Shown here: piece after piece, positions 38,930-53,900 of the stretch
Position numbering within the stretch: the first letter of the stretch is position 1
Layout: each line of letters begins with the position of its first letter
Origin: the human T2T-CHM13v2.0 reference genome, Homo sapiens
NCBI RefSeq assembly: GCF_009914755.1
Contig: NC_060927.1
Reading direction: 5' to 3' (one strand)
DNA length: 64,000 nucleotides
Translations under genes and position numbers: made by a program
Notes under the pieces: generated by a model
Seen by the model: the letters and a program-made list of their open reading frames with translations, nothing else
What the model was told of the DNA's origin: nothing
Databases searched by the model: none

Positions 38930-41900
38930 GAAAAACTAGACATAATTGTTCTCTGAAGCTACTTTGTGATGTGCGCATTCAGCTTACAGAGTTTAACCTT
39001 TCTTTGGATCGAGCGGTTTTAAACACTCTTTTTGTGGAATTTGCAATTCTATATTTAGAGTGCTTTCAGGCCTGTGGTACAAAAGGGAATGTCCTCACAT
39101 AAAATCTAGACAGAAGCATTGTCGGAAACTACTTTGTGATACCTGCCTTCAACTCTCAGAGTTGAATGTTCCTCTTGATGGAGCAGTTTTGAAAAACTCT
39201 TTTTGTTGAATCTCCAAGTGGATATTTGGACCTCTTTGTGGCCTTCGTTTGAGACGTGACTTCTTCATACAAAAGTAGACAGAAGAATTCTCATCAACTG
39301 CTTCGTGATGTGTGCTTTCAACTCGCAGCGTTGAAGCTTCCTTTCGATAGAGCAGTTCTGTAACTCTCTTTTTGTAGAATTTCCAAGTGGATATTTAGCG
39401 CCGTTTGAGGCCAATGGTGGAAAAGGCAATATCTTCATAGAAAAACTAGACAGAATGATTCTCAGAAACTACTTTGTGATGTGTGCCTTCAACTCACAGA
39501 GTTTAACCTTTCTTTTGATAGAGCAGTTTTGAAAAACTCTTTTTGTAGAATCTGCAAGTGTATATTGGGACTTTTCTGAGGCCATCTTTGGAAACGGGAT
39601 TTCTTCATATAAAACTTGAAAGAAGAATCCTCAGAAAATTATTTGTGATATGTGCATTTAACTCATGGAGTTGAAACTTCCTTTCGATAGAAGAGTTTTG
39701 AAATACTCTTTTTGTAGAATTTCCAAGTGGATTTTTACAGCGGTTTGAGGTCTATGGCTGCAAAAGGAATATCTTCACAGAAAAACTAGGCAGATCCATT
39801 CTCCAAAGCTGTTTTGTGACGCTTGCATTCAGCTGACAGAGTTTAAACTTCCTTTGATAGAGCAGTTTTCAAACACACTTTTTGTGGAATTTGCAAGTGT
39901 ATATTTAGAGCGTTTTGAGGCCTGCAGTAGGAAAGGAAATATCTTCACCTAAAAACTAGACAGAAGTATTGTCAGAAACTTATTTGTGATATTTGCATTC
40001 AACGCACGGAGTTGAACATTCCTCTTGATGGAGCCGTTTTGAGCACTCTTTTTGTGGAATCTGCAAGTGGATATTTGGACCTCTTTGTGGCCTTCGTGTG
40101 AAACGTGATTTCTTCATTTACAACTAGACAGAAGAATTCTCAGAAACTTCTTTGTGATGTGTACTTTCAACTCACAGAGTTGAAGCTTCCTTTCAATAGA
40201 GCACTTTTGAAACTCAGTTTCTGTAGAATTTCCAGGTGGATATTTAGCGCCGTTTGAGGCCTATGGTGGAAAAGGCAATATCTTCGTAGAAAAACTAGAC
40301 AGAATGATTCTCAGAAACAACTTTGTGATGTGTGCGTTCAACTCACGGAGTTTAACCTTTCTTTTGATAGACCAGTTATGAAACACTCTTTTTGTAGAAT
40401 CTGCAAGTAAATATTTGGACTTTTTTAAGGCCTTCATTGGAAACGGGATCTCTTCATATACACCTTGACAGAAGAATTCAAAGAAACTTCTCTGTGATGT
40501 GTGCATTTAACTCTCAGAGTTCAACCTTCCTTTTGATAGAAGAGGGTTGAAATTTTCTTTTTGTAGAATTTCCAAGTGAATATTTAGAGCGGTTTCAGGC
40601 CTAAGTAGAAGAGAAAATATCTTCACAGAAAAACTAGACATAATTGTTCTCTGAAGCTACTTTGTGATGTGCTCATTCAGCTTACAGAGTTTAACCTTTC
40701 TTTGGATCGAGCGGTTTTAAACACTCTTTTTGTGGAATTTGCAATTCTATATTTAGAGTGCTTTCAGGCCTGTGGTACAAAAGGGAATGTCCTCACATAA
40801 AATCTAGACAGAAGCATTGTCGGAAACTACTTTGTGATACCTGCCTTCAACTCTCAGAGTTGAATATTCCTCTTGATGGAGCAGTTTTGAAAAACTCTTT
40901 CTGTTGAATCTCCAAGTGGATATTTGGACCTCTTTGTGGCCTTCGTTTGAGACGTGACTTCTTCATACAAAAGTAGACAGAAGAATTCTCATCAACTTCT
41001 TCGTGATGTGTGCTTTCAACTCGCAGCGTTGAAGCTTCCTTTCGATAGAGCAGTTCTGTAACTCTCTTTTTGTAGAATTTCCAAGTGGATATTTAGTGCC
41101 GTTTGAGGCCAATGGTGGAAAAGGCAATATCTTCATAGAAAAACTAGACAGAATGATTCTCAGAAACTACTTTGTGATGTGTGCCTTCAACTCACAGAGT
41201 TTAACCTTTCTTTTGATAGAGCAGTTTTGAAAAACTCTTTTTGTAGAATCTGCAAGTGTATATTGGGACTTTTCTGAGGCCATCTTTGGAAACGGGATTT
41301 CTTCATATAAAACTTGAAAGAAGAATCCTCAGAAAATTATTTGCGATATGTGCATTTACCTCATGGAGTTGAAACTTCCTTTCGATAGAAGAGTTTTGAA
41401 ATACTCTTTTTGTAGAATTTCCAAGTGGATTTTTACAGCGGTTTGAGGTCTATGGCAGCAAAAGGAATATCTTCACAGAAAAACTAGGCAGATTCATTCT
41501 CCGAAGCTGTTTTGTGATGCTTGCATTCAGCTGACAGAGTTTAAACTTCCTTTGATAGAGCAGTTTTGAAACACTCTTTTTGTGGAATTTGCAAGTGTAT
41601 ATTTAGAGCGTTTTGAGGCCTGCAGTAGGAAAGGAAATATCTTCACCTAAAAACTAGACAGAAGTATTGTCAGAAACTTATTTGTGATATTTGCATTCAA
41701 CGCACGGAGTTGAACATTCCTCTTGATGGAGCCGTTTTGAAGCACTCTTTATGTGGAATCTGCAAGTGGATATTTGGACCTCTTTGTGGCCTTCGTGTGA
41801 AACTTGCTTTCTTCATTTACAACTAGACAGAAGAATTCTCAGAAACTTCTTTGTGATGTGTACTTTCAACTCACAGAGTTGAAGCTTCCTTTCAATAGAG

Positions 41901-44900
41901 CACTTTTGAAACTCAGTTTCTGTAGAATTTCCAGGTGGATATTTAGCGCCGTTTGAGGCCTATGGTGGAGAAGGCAATATCTTCGTAGAAAAACTAGACA
42001 GAATGATTCTCAGAAACAACTTTGTGATGTGTGCGTTCAACTCACGGAGTTTAACCTTTCTTTTGATAGACCAGTTATGAAACACTCTTTTTGTAGAATC
42101 TGCAAGTAAATATTTGGACTTTTTTGAGGCCTTCATTGGAAACGGGATCTCTTCATATAAACCTTGACAGAAGAATTCCCAGAAACTTCTCTGTGATGTG
42201 TGCATTTAACTCTCAGTGTTCAACCTTCCTTTTGATAGAAGTGGGTTGAAATTTTCATTTGTAGAATTTCCAAGTGAATATTGAGAGCGGTTTCAGGCCT
42301 AAGTAGAAGAGAAAATATCTTCACAGAAAAACTAGACATAATTGTTCTCTGAATCTACTTTGTGATGTGCGCATTCAGCTTACAGAGTTTAACCTTTCTT
42401 TGGATCGAGCGGTTTTAAACACTCTTTTTGTGGAATTTGCAATTCTATATTTAGAGTGCTTTCAGGCCTGTGGTACAAAAGGGAATGTCCTCACATAAAA
42501 TCTAGACAGAAGCATTGTCGGAAACTACTTTGTGATACCTGCCTTCAACTCTCAGAGTTGAATGTTCCTCTTGATGGAGCAGTTTTGAAAAACTCTTTTT
42601 GTTGAATCTCCAAGTGGATATTTGGACCTCTTTGTGGCCTTCGTTTGAGACGTGACTTCTTCATACAAAAGTAGACAGAAGAATTCTCATAAACTTCTTC
42701 GTGATGTGTGCTTTCAACTCGCAGCGTTGAAGCTTCCTTTCGATAGAGCAGTTCAGTAACTCTCTTTTTGTAGAATTTCCAAGTGGATATTTAGCGCCGT
42801 TTGAGGCCAATGGTGGAAAAGGCAATATCTTCATAGAAAAACTAGACAGAATGATTCTCAGAAACTACTTTGTGATGTGTGCCTTCAACTCACAGAGTTT
42901 AACCTTTCTTTTGATAGAGCAGTTTTGAAAAACTCTTTTTGTAGAATCTGCAAGTGTATATTGGGACTTTTCTGAGGCCATCTTTGGAAACGGGATTTCT
43001 TCAGATAAAACTTGAAAGAAGAATCCTCAGAAAATTATTTGTGATATGTGCATTTAACTCATGGAGTTGAAACTTCCTTTCGATAGAAGAGTTTTGAAAT
43101 ACTCTTTTTGTAGAATTCCCAAGTGGATTTTTACAGCGGTTTGAGGTCTGTGGCTGCAAAAGGAATATCTTCACAGAAAAACTAGGCAGATCCATTCTCC
43201 GAAGCTGTTTTGTGACGCTTGCATTCAGCTGACAGAGTTTAAACTTCCTTTGATAGAGCAGTTTTGAAACACTCTTTTTGTGGAATTTGCAAGTGTATAT
43301 TTAGAGCGTTTTGAGGCCTGCAGTAGGAAAGGAAATATCTTCACCTAAAAACTAGACAGAAGTATTGTCAGAAACTTATTTGTGATATTTGCATTCAACG
43401 CACGGAGTTGAACATTCCTCTTGATGGAGCCGTTTTGAGCACTCTTTTTGTGGAATCTGCAAGTGGATATTTGGACCTCTTTGTGGCCTTCGTGTGAAAC
43501 GTGATTTCTTCATTGACAACTAGACAGAAGAATTCTCAGAAACTTCTTTGTGATGTGTACTTTCAACTCACAGAGTTGAAGCTTCCTTTCAATAGAGCAC
43601 TTTTGAAACTCAGTTTCTGTAGAATTTCCAGGTGGATATTTAGCGCCGTTTGAGGCCTATGGTGGAAAAGGCAATATCTTCGTAGAAAAACTAGACAGAA
43701 TGATTCTCAGAAACAACTTTGTGATGTGTGCGTTCAACTCACGGAGTTTAACCTTTCTTTTGATAGACCAGTTATGAAACACTCTTTTTGTAGAATCTGC
43801 AAGTAAATATTTGGACTTTTTTGAGGCCTTCATTGGAAACGGGATCTCTTCATATAAACCTTGACAGAAGAATTCCCAGAAACTTCTCTGTGATGTGTGC
43901 ATTTAACTCTCAGAGTTCAACCTTCCTTTTGATAGAAGAGGGTTGAAATTTTCTTTTTGTAGAATTTCCAAGTGTATATTTAGAGCGGTTTCAGGCCTAA
44001 GTAGAAGAGAAAATATCTTCACAGAAAAACTAGACATAATTGTTCTCTGAAGCTACTTTGTGATGTGCTCATTCAGCTTACAGAGTTTAACCTTTCTTTG
44101 GATCGAGCGGTTTTAAACACTCTTTTTGTGGAATTTGCAATTCTATATTTAGAGTGCTTTCAGGCCTGTGGTACAAAAGGGAATGTCCTCACATAAAATC
44201 TAGACAGAAGCATTGTCGGAAACTACTTTGTGATACCTGCCTTCAACTCTCAGAGTTGAATGTTCCTCTTGATGGAGCAGTTTTGAAAAACTCTTTTTGT
44301 TGAATCTCCAAGTGGATATTTGGACCTCTTTGTGGCCTTCGTTTGAGACGTGACTTCTTCATACAAAAGTAGACAGAAGAATTCTCATCAACTTCTTCGT
44401 GATGTGTGCTTTCAACTCGCAGCGTTGAAGCTTCCTTTCGATAGAGCAGTTCTGTAACTCTCTTTTTGTAGAATTTCCAAGTGGATATTTAGTGCCGTTT
44501 GAGGCCAATGGTGGAAAAGGCAATATCTTCATAGAAAAACTAGACAGAATGATTCTCAGAAACTTCTTTGTGATGTGTGCCTTCAACTCACAGAGTTTAA
44601 CCTTTCTTTTGATAGAGCAGTTTTGAAAAACTCTTTTTGTAGAATCTGCAAGTGTATATTGGGACTTTTCTGAGGCCATCTTTGGAAACGGGATTTCTTC
44701 ATATAAAACTTGAAAGAAGAATCCTCAGAAAATTATTTGCGATATGTGCATTTAACTCATGGAGTTGAAACTTCCTTTCGATAGAAGAGTTTTGAAATAC
44801 TCTTTTTGTAGAATTTCCAAGTGGATTTTTACAGCGGTTTGAGGTCTATGGCAGCAAAAGGAATATCTTCACAGAAAAACTAGGCAGATTCATTCTCCGA

Positions 44901-47900
44901 AGCTGTTTTGTGATGCTTGCATTCAGCTGACAGCGTTTAAACTTCCTTTGATAGAGCAGTTTTGAAACACTCTTTTTGTGGAATTTGCAAGTGTATATTT
45001 AGAGCGTTTTGAGGCCTGCAGTAGGAAAGGAAATATCTTCACCTAAAAACTAGACAGAAGTATTGTCAGAAACTTATTTGTGATATTTGCAATTCAACGC
45101 ACGGAGTTGAACATTCCTCTTGATGGAGCCGTTTTGAAGCACTCTTTTTGTGGAATCTGCAAGTGGATATTTGGACCTCTTTGAGGCCTTCGTGTGAAAC
45201 GTGCTTTCTTCATTTACAACTAGACAGAAGAATTCTCAGAAACTTCTTTGTGATGTGTACTTTCAACTCACAGAGTTGAAGCTTCCTTTCAATAGAGCAC
45301 TTTTGAAACTCAGTTTCTGTAGAATTTCCAGGTGGATATTTAGCGCCGTTTGAGGCCTATGGTGGAGAAGGCAATATCTTCGTAGAAAAACTAGACAGAA
45401 TGATTCTCAGAAACAACTTTGTGATGTGTGCGTTCAACTCACGGAGTTTAACCTTTCTTTTGATAGACCAGTTATGAAACATTCTTCTTGTAGAATCTGC
45501 AAGTAAATATTTGGACTTTTTTGAGGCCTTCATTGGAAACGGGATCTCTTCATATAAACCTTGACAGAAGAATTCCCAGAAACTTCTCTGTGATGTGTGC
45601 ATTTAACTCTCAGTGTTCAACCTTCCTTTTGATAGAAGTGGGTTGAAATTTTCATTTGTAGAATTTCCAAGTGAATATTGAGAGCGGTTTCAGGCCTAAG
45701 TAGAAGAGAAAATATCTTCACAGAAAAACTAGACATAATTGTTCTCTGAATCTACTTTGTGATGTGCGCATTCAGCTTACAGAGTTTAACCTTTCTTTGG
45801 ATCGAGCGGTTTTAAACACTCTTTTTGTGGAATTTGCAATTCTATATTTAGAGTGCTTTCAGGCCTGTGGTACAAAAGGGAATGTCCTCACATAAAATCT
45901 AGACAGAAGCATTGTCGGAAACTACTTTGTGATACCTGCCTTCAACTCTCAGAGTTGAATGTTCCTCTTGATGGAGCAGTTTTGAAAAACTCTTTTTGTT
46001 GAATCTCCAAGTGGATATTTGGACCTCTTTGTGGCCTTCGTTTGAGACGTGACTTCTTCATACAAAAGTAGACAGAAGAATTCTCATCAACTGCTTCGTG
46101 ATGTGTGCTTTCAACTCGCAGCGTTGAAGCTTCCTTTCGATAGAGCAGTTCTGTAACTCTCTTTTTGTAGAATTTCCAAGTGGATATTTAGCGCCGTTTG
46201 AGGCCAATGGTGGAAAAGGCAATATCTTCATAGAAAAACTAGACAGAATGATTCTCAGAAACTACTTTGTGATGTGTGCCTTCAACTCACAGAGTTTAAC
46301 CTTTCTTTTGATAGAGCAGTTTTGAAAAACTCTTTTTGTAGAATCTGCAAGTGTATATTGGGACTTTTCTGAGGCCATCTTTGGAAACGGGATTTCTTCA
46401 TATAAAACTTGAAAGAAGAATCCTCAGAAAATTATTTGTGATATGTGCATTTAACTCATGGAGTTGAAACTTCCTTTCGATAGAAGAGTTTTGAAATACT
46501 CTTTTTGTAGAATTCCCAAGTGGATTTTTACAGCGGTTTGAGGTCTATGGCTGCAAAAGGAATATCTTCACAGAAAAACTAGGCAGATCCATTCTCCGAA
46601 GCTGTTTTGTGACGCTTGCATTCAGCTGACAGAGTTTAAACTTCCTTTGATAGAGCAGTTTTGAAACACTCTTTTTGTGGAATTTGCAAGTGTATATTTA
46701 GAGCGTTTTGAGGCCTGCAGTAGGAAAGGAAATATCTTCACCTAAAAACTAGACAGAAGTATTGTCAGAAACTTATTTGTGATATTTGCATTCAACGCAC
46801 GGAGTTGAACATTCCTCTTGATGGAGCCGTTTTGAGCACTCTTTTTGTGGAATCTGCAAGTGGATATTTGGACCTCTTTGTGGCCTTCGTGTGAAACGTG
46901 ATTTCTTCATTTACAACTAGACAGAAGAATTCTCAGAAACTTTTTGTGATGTGTACTTTCAACTCACAGAGTTGAAGCTTCCTTTCAATAGAACACTTTT
47001 GAAACTCAGTTTCTGTAGAATTTCCAGGTGGATATTTAGCGCCGTTTGAGGCCTATGGTGGAAAAGGCAATATCTTCGTAGAAAAACTAGACAGAATGAT
47101 TCTCAGAAACAACTTTGTGATGTGTGCGTTCAACTCACGGAGTTTAACCTTTCTTTTGATAGACCAGTTATGAAACACTCTTTTTGTAGAATCTGCAAGT
47201 AAATATTTGGACTTTTTTGAGGCCTTCATTGGAAACGGGATCTCTTCATATAAACCTTGACAGAAGAATTCCCAGAAACTTCTCTGTGATGTGTGCATTT
47301 AACTCTCAGAGTTCAACCTTCCTTTTGATAGAAGAGGGTTGAAATTTTCTTTTTGTAGAATTTCCAAGTGAATATTTAGAGCGGTTTCAGGCCTAAGTAG
47401 AAGAGAAAATATCTTCACAGAAAAACTAGACATAATTGTTCTCTGAAGCTACTTTGTGATGTGCGCATTCAGCTTACAGAGTTTAACCTTTCTTTGGATC
47501 GAGCGGTTTTAAACACTCTTTTTGTGGAATTTGCAATTCTATATTTAGAGTGCTTTCAGGCCTGTGGTACAAAAGGGAATGTCCTCACATAAAATCTAGA
47601 CAGAAGCATTGTCGGAAACTACTTTGTGATACCTGCCTTCAACTCTCAGAGTTGAATGTTCCTCTTGATGGAGCAGTTTTGAAAAACTCTTTTTGTTGAA
47701 TCTCCAAGTAGATTTTTGGACCTCTTTGTGGCCTTCGTTTGAGACGTGACTTCTTCATACAAAAGTAGACAGAAGAATTCTCATCAACTTCTTCGTGATG
47801 TGTGCTTTCAACTCGCAGCGTTGAAGCTTCCTTTCGATAGAGCAGTTCTGTAACTCTCTTTTTGTAGAATTTCCAAGTGGATATTTAGCGCCGTTTGAGG

Positions 47901-50900
47901 CCAATGGTGGAAAAGGCAATATCTTCATAGAAAAACTAGACAGAATGATTCTCAGAAACTACTTTGTGATGTGTGCCTTCAACTCACAGAGTTTAACCTT
48001 TCTTTTGATAGAGCAGTTTTGAAAAACTCTTTTTGTAGAATCTGCAAGTGTATATTGGGACTTTTCTGAGGCCATCTTTGGAAACGGGATTTCTTCAGAT
48101 AAAACTTGAAAGAAGAATCCTCAGAAAATTATTTGTGATATGTGCATTTAACTCATGGAGTTGAAACTTCCTTTCGATAGAAGAGTTTTGAAATACTCTT
48201 TTTGTAGAATTCCCAAGTGGATTTTTACAGCGGTTTGAGGTCTATGGCAGCAAAAGAAATATCTTCACAGAAAAACTAGGCAGATTCATTCTCCGAAGCT
48301 GTTTTGTGATGCTTGCATTCAGCTGACAGAGTTTAAACTTCCTTTGATAGAGCAGTTTTGAAACCCTCTTTTTGTGGAATTTGCAAGTGTATATTTAGAG
48401 CGTTTTGAGGCCTACAGTAGGAAAGGAAACATCTTCACCTAAAAACTAGACAGAAGTATTGTCAGAAACTTATTTGTGATATTTGCATTCAACGCACGGA
48501 GTTGAACATTCCTCTTGATGGAGCCGTTTTGAAGCACTCTTTTTGTGGAATCTGCAAGTGGATATTTGGACCTCTTTGTGGCCTTCGTGTGAAACGTGAT
48601 TTCTTCATTTACAACTAGACAGAAGAATTCTCAGAAACTTCTTTGTGATGTGTACTTTCAACTCACAGAGTTGAAGCTTCCTTTCAATAGAGCACTTTTG
48701 AAACTCAGTTTCTGTAGAATTTCCAGGTGGATATTTAGCGCCGTTTGAGGCCTATGGTGAAAAAGGCAATATCTTCGTAGAATAACTAGACAGAATGATT
48801 CTCAGAAACAACTTTGTGATATGTGCGTTCAACTCACGGAGTTTAACCTTTCTTTTGATAGACCAGTTATGAAACACTCTTTTTGTAGAATCTGCAAGTA
48901 AATATTTGGACTTTTTTGAGGCCTTCATTGGAAACGGGATCTCTTCATGTAAACCTTGACAGAAGAATTCCCAGAAACTTCTCTGTGATGTGTGCATTTA
49001 ACTCTCAGAGTTCAACCTTCCTTTTGATAGAAGAGGGTTGAAATATTCTTTTTGTAGAATTTCCAAGTGAATATTTAGAGCGGTTTCAGGCCTAAGTAGA
49101 AGAGAAAATATCTTCACAGAAAAACTAGACATAATTGTTCTCTGAAGCTACTTTGTGATGTGCGCATTCAGCTTACAGAGTTTAACCTTTCTTTGGATCG
49201 AGCGGTTTTAAACACTCTTTTTGTGGAATTTGCAATTCTATATTTAGAGTGCTTTCAGGCCTGTGGTACAAAAGGGAATGTCCTCACATAAAATCTAGAC
49301 AGAAGCATTGTCGGAAACTACTTTGTGATACCTGCCTTCAACTCTCAGAGTTGAATGTTCCTCTTGATGGAGCAGTTTTGAAAAACTCTTTTTGTTGAAT
49401 CTCCAAGTGGATATTTGGACCTCTTTGTGGCCTTCGTTTGAGACGTGACTTCTTCATACAAAAGTAGACAGAAGAATTCTCATAAACTTCTTCGTGATGT
49501 GTGCTTTCAACTCGCAGTGTTGAAGCTTCCTTTCGATAGAGCAGTTCTGTAACTCTCTTTTTGTAGAATTTCCAAGTGGATATTTAGCGCCGTTTGAGGC
49601 CAATGGTGGAAAAGGCAATATCTTCATAGAAAAACTAGACAGAATGATTCTCAGAGGCTACTTTGTGATGTGTGCCTTCAACTCACAGAGTTTAACCTTT
49701 CTTTTGATAGAGCAGTTTTGAAAAACTCTTTTTGTAGAATCTGCAAGTGTATATTGGGACTTTTCTGAGGCCATCTTTGGAAACGGGATTTCTTCAGATA
49801 AAACTTGAAAGAAGAATCCTCAGAAAATTATTTGTGATATGTGCATTTAACTCATGGAGTTGAAACTTCCTTTCGATAGAAGAGTTTTGAAATACTCTTT
49901 TTGTAGAATTCCCAAGTGGATTTTTACAGCGGTTTGAGGTCTATGGCAGCAAAAGAAATATCTTCACAGAAAAACTAGGCAGATTCATTCTCCGAAGCTG
50001 TTTTGTGATGCTTGCATTCAGCTGACAGAGTTTAAACTTCCTTTGATAGAGCAGTTTGGAAACACTCTTTTTGTGGAATTTGCAAGTGTATATTTAGAGC
50101 GTTTTGAGGCCTACAGTAGGAAAGGAAATATCTTCACCTAAAAACTAGACAGAAGTATTGTCAGAAACTTATTTGTGATATTTGCATTCAACGCACGGAG
50201 TTGAACATTCCTCTTGATGGAGCCGTTTTGAAGCACTCTTTTTGTGGAATCTGCAAGTGGATATTTGGACCTCTTTGTGGCCTTCGTGTGAAACGTGATT
50301 TCTTCATTTACAACTAGACAGAAGAATTCTCAGAAACTTCTTTGTGATGTGTACTTTCAACTCACAGAGTTGAAGCTTCCTTTCAATAGAGCACTTTTGA
50401 AACTCAGTTTCTGTAGAATTTCCAGGTGGATATTTAGCGCCGTTTGAGGCCTATGGTGGAAAAGGCAATATCTTCGTAGAAAAACTAGACAGAATGATTC
50501 TCAGAAACAACTTTGTGATGTGTGCGTTCAACTCACGGAGTTTAACCTTTCTTTTGATAGACCAGTTATGAAACACTCTTTTTGTAGAATCTGCAAGTAA
50601 ACATTTGGACTTTTTTGAGGCCTTCATTGGAAACGGGATCTCCCCATATAAACCTTGACAGAAGAATTCTCAGAAACTTCTCTGTGATGTGTGCATTTAA
50701 CTCTCAGAGTTCAACCTTCCTTTTGATAGAAGAGGGTTGAAATTTTCTTTTTGTAGAATTTCCAAGTGAATATTTAGAACGGTTTCAGGCCTAAGTAGAA
50801 GAGAAAATATCTTCACAGAAAAACTAGACATAATTGTTCTCTGAAGCTACTTTGTGATGTGCGCATTCAGCTTACAGAGTTTAAACTTTCTTTGGATCGA

Positions 50901-53900
50901 GCGGTTTTAAACACTCTTTTTGTGGAATTTGCAATTCTATATTTAGAGTGCTTTCAGGCCTGTGGTACAAAAGGGAATGTCCTCACATAAAATCTAGACA
51001 GAAGCATTGTCGGAAACTACTTTGTGATACCTGCCTTCAACTCTCAGAGTTGAATGTTCCTCTTGATGGAGCAGTTTTGAAAAACTCTTTTTGTTGAATC
51101 TCCAAGTGGATATTTGGACCTCTTTGTGGCCTTCGTTTGAGACGTGACTTCTTCATACAAAAGTAGACAGAAGAATTCTCATCAACTTCTTCGTGATGTG
51201 TGCTTTCAACTCGCAGCGTTGAAGCTTCCTTTCGATAGAGCAGTTCTGTAACTCTGTTTTTGTAGAATTTCCAAGTGGATATTTAGCGCCGTTTGAGGCC
51301 AATGGTGGAAAAGGCAATATCTTCATAGAAAAACTAGACAGAATGATTCTCAGAAACTACTTTGTGATGTGTGCCTTCAACTCACAGAGTTTAACCTTTC
51401 TTTTGATAGAGCAGTTTTGAAAAACTCTTTTTGTAGAATCTGCAAGTGTATATTGGGACTTTTCTGAGGCCATCTTTGGAAACGGGATTTCTTCAGATAA
51501 AACTTGAAAGAAGAATCCTCAGAAAATTATTTGTGATATGTGCATTTAACTCATGGAGTTGAAACTTCCTTTCGATAGAAGAGTTTTGAAATACTCTTTT
51601 TGTAGAATTCCCAAGTGGATTTTTACAGCGGTTTGAGGTCTATGGCAGCAAAAGAAATATCTTCACAGAAAAACTAGGCAGATTCATTCTCCGAAGCTGT
51701 TTTGTGATGCTTGCATTCAGCTGACAGAGTTTAAACTTCCTTTGATAGAGCAGTTTTGAAACACTCTTTTTGTGGAATTTGCAAGTGTATATTTAGAGCA
51801 TTTTGAGGCCTACAGTAGGAAAGGAAATATCTTCACCTAAAAACTAGACAGAAGTATTGTCAGAAACTTATTTGTGATATTTGCATTCAACGCACGGAGT
51901 TGAACATTAATCTTGATGGAGCCGTTTTGAAGCACTCTTTTTGTGGAATCTGCAAGTGGATATTTGGACCTCTTTGTGGCCTTCGTGTGAAACGTGATTT
52001 CTTCATTTACAACTAGACAGAAGAATTCTCAGAAACTTCTTTGTGATGTGTACTTTCAACTCACAGAGTTGAAGCTTCCTTTCAATAGAGCACTTTTGAA
52101 ACTCAGTTTCTGTAGAATTTCCAGGTGGATATTTAGCGCCGTTTGAGGCCTATGGTGGAAAAGGCAATATCTTCGTAGAAAAACTAGACAGAATGATTCT
52201 CAGAAACAACTTTGTGATGTGTGCGTTCAACTCACGGAGTTTAACCTTTCTTTTGATAGACCAGTTATGAAACACTCTTTTTGTAGAATCTGCAAGTAAA
52301 TATTTGGACTTTTTTGAGGCCTTCATTGGAAACGGGATCTCTTCATATAAACCTTGACAGAAGAATTCCCAGAAACTTCTCTGTGATGTGTGCATTTAAC
52401 TCTCAGAGTTCAACCTTCCTTTTGATAGAAGAGGGTTGAAATTTTCTTTTTGTAGAATTTCCAAGTGAATATTTAGAGCGGTTTCAGGCCTAAGTAGAAG
52501 AGAAAATATCTTCACAGAAAAACTAGACATAATTGTTCTCTGAAGCTACTTTGTGATGTGCGCATTCAGCTTACAGAGTTTAACCTTTCTTTGGATCGAG
52601 CGGTTTTAAACACTCTTTTTGTGGAATTTGCAATTCTATATTTAGAGTGCTTTCAGGCCTGTGGTACAAAAGGGAATGTCCTCACATAAAATCTAGACAG
52701 AAGCATTGTCGGAAACTACTTTGTGATACCTGCCTTCAACTCTCAGAGTTGAATGTTCCTCTTGATGGAGCAGTTTTGAAAAACTCTTTTTGTTGAATCT
52801 CCAAGTGGATATTTGGACCTCTTTGTGGCCTTCGTTTGAGACGTGACTTCTTCATACAAAAGTAGACAGAAGAATTCTCATCAACTTCTTCGTGATGTGT
52901 GCTTTCAACTCGCAGCGTTGAAGCTTCCTTTCGATAGAGCAGTTCTGTAACTCTCTTTTTGTAGAATTTCCAAGTGGATATTTAGCGCCGTTTGAGGCCA
53001 ATGGTGGAAAAGGCAATATCTTCATAGAAAAACTAGACAGAATGATTCTCAGAAACTACTTTGTGATGTGTGCCTTCAACTCACAGAGTTTAACCTTTCT
53101 TTTGATAGAGCAGTTTTGAAAAACTCTTTTTGTAGAATCTGCAAGTGTATATTGGGACTTTTCTGAGGCCATCTTTGGAAACGGGATTTCTTCAGATAAA
53201 ACTTGAAAGAAGAATCCTCAGAAAATTATTTGTGATATGTGCATTTAACTCATGGAGTTGAAACTTCCTTTCGATAGAAGAGTTTTGAAATACTCTTTTT
53301 GTAGAATTCCCAAGTGGATTTTTACAGCGGTTTGAGGTCTATGGCAGCAAAAGAAATATCTTCACAGAAAAACTAGGCAGATTCATTCTCCGAAGCTGCT
53401 TTGTGATGCTTGCATTCAGCTGACAGAGTTTAAACTTCCTTTGATAGAGCAGTTTGGAAACACTCTTTTTGTGGAATTTGCAAGTGTATATTTAGAGCGT
53501 TTTGAGGCCTACAGTAGGAAAGGAAATATCTTCACCTAAAAATTAGACAGAAGTATTGTCAGAAACTTATTTGTGATATTTGCATTCAACGCACGGAGTT
53601 GAACATTCCTCTTGATGGAGCCGTTTTGAAGCACTCTTTTTGTGGAATCTGCAAGTGGATATTTGGACCTCTTTGTGGCCTTCGTGTGAAACGTGATTTC
53701 TTCATTTACAACTAGACAGAAGAATTCTCAGAAACTTCTTTGTGATGTGTACTTTCAACTCACAGAGTTGAAGCTTCCTTTCAATAGAGCACTTTTGAAA
53801 CTCAGTTTCTGTAGAATTTCCAGGTGGATATTTAGCGCCGTTTGAGGCCTATGGTGGAAAAGGCAATATCTTCGTAGAAAAACTAGACAGAATGATTCTC

